From positions 38,863 to 102,862 of the IMG/VR virus record IMGVR_UViG_3300033120_000579: a stretch of DNA of 64,000 bases. The stretch is one strand, 5' to 3'. A program made the translations under genes and the position numbers. Origin of the DNA: a virus (lineage: Duplodnaviria > Caudoviricetes). This document shows positions 61,397 to 64,000 of this stretch, piece after piece; within the stretch, counting starts at the first letter, position 1, and every line of letters starts with the position of its first letter. The notes under the pieces are model-generated. The model made no database searches. It saw nothing but the letters and a program-made list of their open reading frames with translations, and had not been told where the DNA came from.

Positions 61397-61686
61397 ACAT
61401 ATTAGCAGGTTAAATATATTTATAGACTGTTCACTTATTATATAGTTATAACTAATACATAACGTATGGAAAGAATTATGTAGTATAATAACATCAGCAA
61501 TATATTTAATCACGTTCAAAACTAATATGTTTTATTATGGAGCAGGAAGTTTATCTGGTCAGCCTGAAAAGGTAGGGTTTAAATCTGGTCAGCTCCAAGT
61601 ATTAACTATTGTAAGAGTGACATCCTTGCTCTAAGAGATGGATGTGTAATACGATGAATTAACATTAGCCGCTTTTACAATAGTTA
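61395..61686 (+). ncRNA. Three adjacent structured elements (61395-61532, 61538-61597, 61603-61686)
   Basis: Closing helices AAACATATTAG/CTAATATGTTT, TGGAGC/GCTCCA and TAACTATTGTAAGAGTG/CGCTTTTACAATAGTTA; no ORF. Confidence 0.45.
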
Positions 61687-61712
61687 TTTTTAATAATTAA
61701 ATCAATAAAGAT

Positions 61713-61859
61713 ATGAATAAACTAAAATTAATGTTTTGGATAATACTGACATTTTTATGGTCTTATTTTGAACTAGTATATATACTATATAAAAAAGAAC
61801 CATCAAGAATAGGTATATATCTATTTGATAAATTATGGTCAATTTTTGAAGAGGAATAA
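61713..61859 (+). CDS. Small membrane peptide (48 aa, not in ORF track)
   Basis: MNKLKLMFWIILTFLWSYFELVYILY... Confidence 0.55.
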   Translation: MNKLKLMFWIILTFLWSYFELVYILYKKEPSRIGIYLFDKLWSIFEEE

Positions 61860-61862
61860 ATT

Positions 61863-62060
61863 AAATCACTTACTTGAAGATAAACAATAATATTGAGGTA
61901 ATGAGTCAAGTTCCTAGCTTATATAGTTACACAAGAGATGAAACGGCTCTTATATTATAAACTGTATTAGCAGTTGTGTTTATTGTAGAAACATTGTAAT
62001 GACCTATATAGGGATGGCGACCTTAAACAAATGTTCCACTAGAATTTGGATAAGTGATTT
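61863..62060 (+). ncRNA. Candidate multi-branch structured RNA
   Basis: AAATCACTTA/TAAGTGATTT closing helix with nested helices; no ORF. Confidence 0.4.
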
Positions 62061-62069
62061 TTAAAATAT

Positions 62070-62189
62070 AAATAATTATGAGTTTGAATTACATGACGGT
62101 AATTTAATGAATCTTTGAAAATATAATGATAATATACTATACTAGTTGACTAGTTAACTCATTTATAGAAGTAAATCTTATAATTATTT
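62070..62189 (+). ncRNA. Duplicated three-way-junction RNA motif, copy 2
   Basis: Same closing helix and junction sequences as 58679-58785, with different but paired internal stems. Confidence 0.5.
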
Positions 62190-62390
62190 TTTTAAACTAA
62201 AAGCTGTCAGTGAGTAAAACTGTCTCGTTATACTTAAAGTAGAAATAGGTATAATTAAATAATAGTTTCTACAGGATAAATACACTATTTTATCTAACAT
62301 CTTATATTTGAGTTGCAAATCATTTATAAGCTCTGGAAAATACTTACTAATGAGACCATTAGGTCAAACCTCATCAATGTGTATTATTGA

Positions 62391-62507
62391 TGTTGTATTA
62401 ATGTATCATTCTAACTTCCCAAGGGTTAGCTGTTATAATTGGAATAAATCTATTATTGAACCGAGCCTGAAATCAATAAATTACAACAGAATACAGAGGG
62501 TAACACT
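62391..62507 (+). ncRNA. Twister-ribozyme-like RNA, copy 2
   Basis: UAA 62399-62401; P2 TGTA/TACA; P4 CTAAC/GTTAG; L4 (T)T-CCC-AA-GG; P5; GA-GGG-TAACACT; P1 weaker. Confidence 0.55.
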
Positions 62508-62526
62508 AATTTAAAATAGAGAAATT

Positions 62527-62715
62527 ATGATTAAGAAATTGCTTTTAGAATATCCATCTACTTTCCTTTTAGGAACTGTATTTGGAACTGTATTAGGCTT
62601 CTTTATAACATTTTTGTTAATGAAAACAGATATAAGAACTGCAGAAGAATCTTATGAAATAGGTTACAAAAACGCTCAACAAGAATGTAGAGATTTCATT
62701 AAAAATACTAAGTGA
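62527..62715 (+). CDS. Small single-TM protein
   Basis: FLLGTVFGTVLGFFITFLL TM segment; ATT-ATG start. Confidence 0.65.
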   Translation: MIKKLLLEYPSTFLLGTVFGTVLGFFITFLLMKTDIRTAEESYEIGYKNAQQECRDFIKNTK

Positions 62716-62882
62716 TGAATCATCCTCCTGTTCCTTGTACACCTTCTATGCCTTGTTGGTGTGAAAAACATCCTAATAATCCTAATTGTCAGAATGTAGA
62801 AACTGTTCCTATAGATAATTCATTTTTTATAATTATTATAGTTTTATTAACAATTTATAAAACATTTAAGAAATTAAAATAG
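62715..62882 (+). CDS. Pro/Cys-rich micro-protein with a PID-CTERM-like tail (55 aa, not in ORF track)
   Basis: MNHPPVPCTPSMPCWCEKHPNNPNCQNVETVPIDNSFFIIIIVLLTIYKTFKKLK; TGATG-coupled to the upstream gene. Confidence 0.65.
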   Translation: MNHPPVPCTPSMPCWCEKHPNNPNCQNVETVPIDNSFFIIIIVLLTIYKTFKKLK

Positions 62883-62951
62883 ATTAAATTATTATTTAAA
62901 CAACCTTAATAATTATATTATTAAAATTAATATCTATAGCATAGATATAAG

Positions 62952-63889
62952 ATGGTGATCTTTAATAATAGTTTAATCTTAATATTTAAAATTATGAGCA
63001 CAAGAGAATTTTTACAATTTCTAGGTCACACATCTGGAGATATTAAACAAAGATACAATAATAAACAAATTAGAATATCAAATAAACCAGTTAAAAATTT
63101 AAATAGAAATCTTAATTTTGAATATTATATGACTTTAGAAGAATGGTTAAATTCTCATGATATAGAGTTTATAATAAAGTTAAGAGATTTAAGTATATTA
63201 TTTAATAATATTTATGAAATGTTTTATTTAAAAACTAATATAAATAGTTCAATATTAAAATATTTAAAGTCATTTATATTATTACAAATTGATAAAAAGA
63301 CATTTTATATATTAATTAAAAATTAACTACAAATTATGAAAAATATTAACAAATTACAACAACAAGGTTATACTGGTATTAAAGTTACATCAATGTTAAA
63401 TGCTTGTTTATCAAATGAAATTAAAGTTCATTTAAGATTAGTTCAGTTAGATAATTTATCTAAAATTAATAACAAATATTTCAAAACTAAAATTATTTCC
63501 AAACCTGAAATGACTCTTCTATGGAATATTTATTGGAATTTTGTATTAAATGATTTTAGATTTGATGATAAATCTAAAGAATACACTATTATTAAATCAA
63601 TAGTAAAAGCTGAACCACAACATATTGGCTTAAAAATGTTAAATCAATTATTATGACAATCTTAGAACATTCAAAAATTAAGAAATTTAGTTTAAATACT
63701 TATTTTAAAGTTAAAACTAAAAATCTAAAATTTTATGGTAAAACTAGACCTAAATATAAAGAAGGTTTTATTTTTGTAGGATTATTTGGTGAATATTTCT
63801 TTAATGAAACAGGACCAACTCAAAAAAATAATATATTTGAAATAAATCATTCTATTTCAAATATTGAAGTAATTGAAAGAATAAATTAG
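62952..63889 (+). CDS. Three hypothetical early proteins (62952/62994..63326, 63336..63656, 63653..63889)
   Basis: Co-oriented, closely spaced ORFs. Confidence 0.6.
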
Positions 63890-64000
63890 AATAGAACGAG
63901 TCACCTCAAATTAATTTAGCTAAATTATCAGGTAAGCTCTGAATGACTAAATAATGATTATATAATGTTGCCAGCCTTGTAAGCTTGGAAATGGAGGTAT

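Noticed and set aside
61555-61593. Direct repeat ATCTGGTCAGC x2 as a mini-CRISPR or att site
   Set aside because: Only two 11-nt copies 17 nt apart inside a small hairpin element; no cas or integrase context.
62274-62310. TATATTTG as a host-type early promoter
   Set aside because: The nearest upstream GGA is 26 nt away, not the 18 nt seen in all accepted copies.
62340-62406. Hammerhead-like string CTAATGA-GACC-ATTA-GGTC-AAAC...GTA
   Set aside because: The core lacks two essential guanines (CUGAUGA reads CUAAUGA; GAAAC reads AAAC) and stems I/III are poor. At most a decayed relic.
62308-62514. 68-aa ORF from the track
   Set aside because: TTG start with no typical context, and it overlies the covarying twister-like RNA; more likely non-coding.
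1-64000. tRNA genes, CRISPR arrays, integrase/transposase, stop-codon reassignment, introns or inteins in terL/MCP/RNAP
   Set aside because: No cloverleaf with a canonical T-loop, no regularly spaced repeats and no recombinase motifs seen. Long ORFs are intact in the standard code, and the core genes are uninterrupted and of normal length.

Overview
A 64-kb segment of a very AT-rich crAss-like (Crassvirales-type) podophage read with the standard genetic code. The host is probably a Bacteroidota (Flavobacteriaceae-like) bacterium: the promoters carry the TAnnTTTG -7 box and starts sit in A-rich contexts with no Shine-Dalgarno sequence. Layout: (1) 1-4216 (+) is the end of a nucleotide-metabolism/repair block (MazG-like, metallophosphoesterase, spore-photoproduct-lyase-like radical SAM, KTSC), closed by a bidirectional terminator. 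(2) 4289-57927 (-) is the late block: three giant virion cargo proteins including the virion RNA polymerase (GSDYDIDK), tail genes, a lysis cassette, fibres, major capsid, scaffold, portal, terminase, GroEL- and GroES-like chaperonins, PhoH, a ClpP-like protein and two homing-type endonucleases. Eight copies of a fixed-spacing host-type promoter drive it. (3) 58181-64000 (+) is a probable early region of tiny, mostly membrane ORFs interleaved with many structured non-coding elements. Most notable: the three giant cargo proteins (4833 aa) contain only four cysteines, placed exactly at the head-to-tail junctions, suggesting a disulfide daisy chain; two covarying twister-ribozyme-like RNAs; a second duplicated RNA motif; a promoter- and terminator-bounded ~390-nt ncRNA next to an HNH gene; an intragenic promoter upstream of the RNAP gene; and an uncalled micro-ORF resembling a Bacteroidota PID-CTERM sorting signal. 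All calls come from reading the sequence by eye; no searches or folding programs were run.
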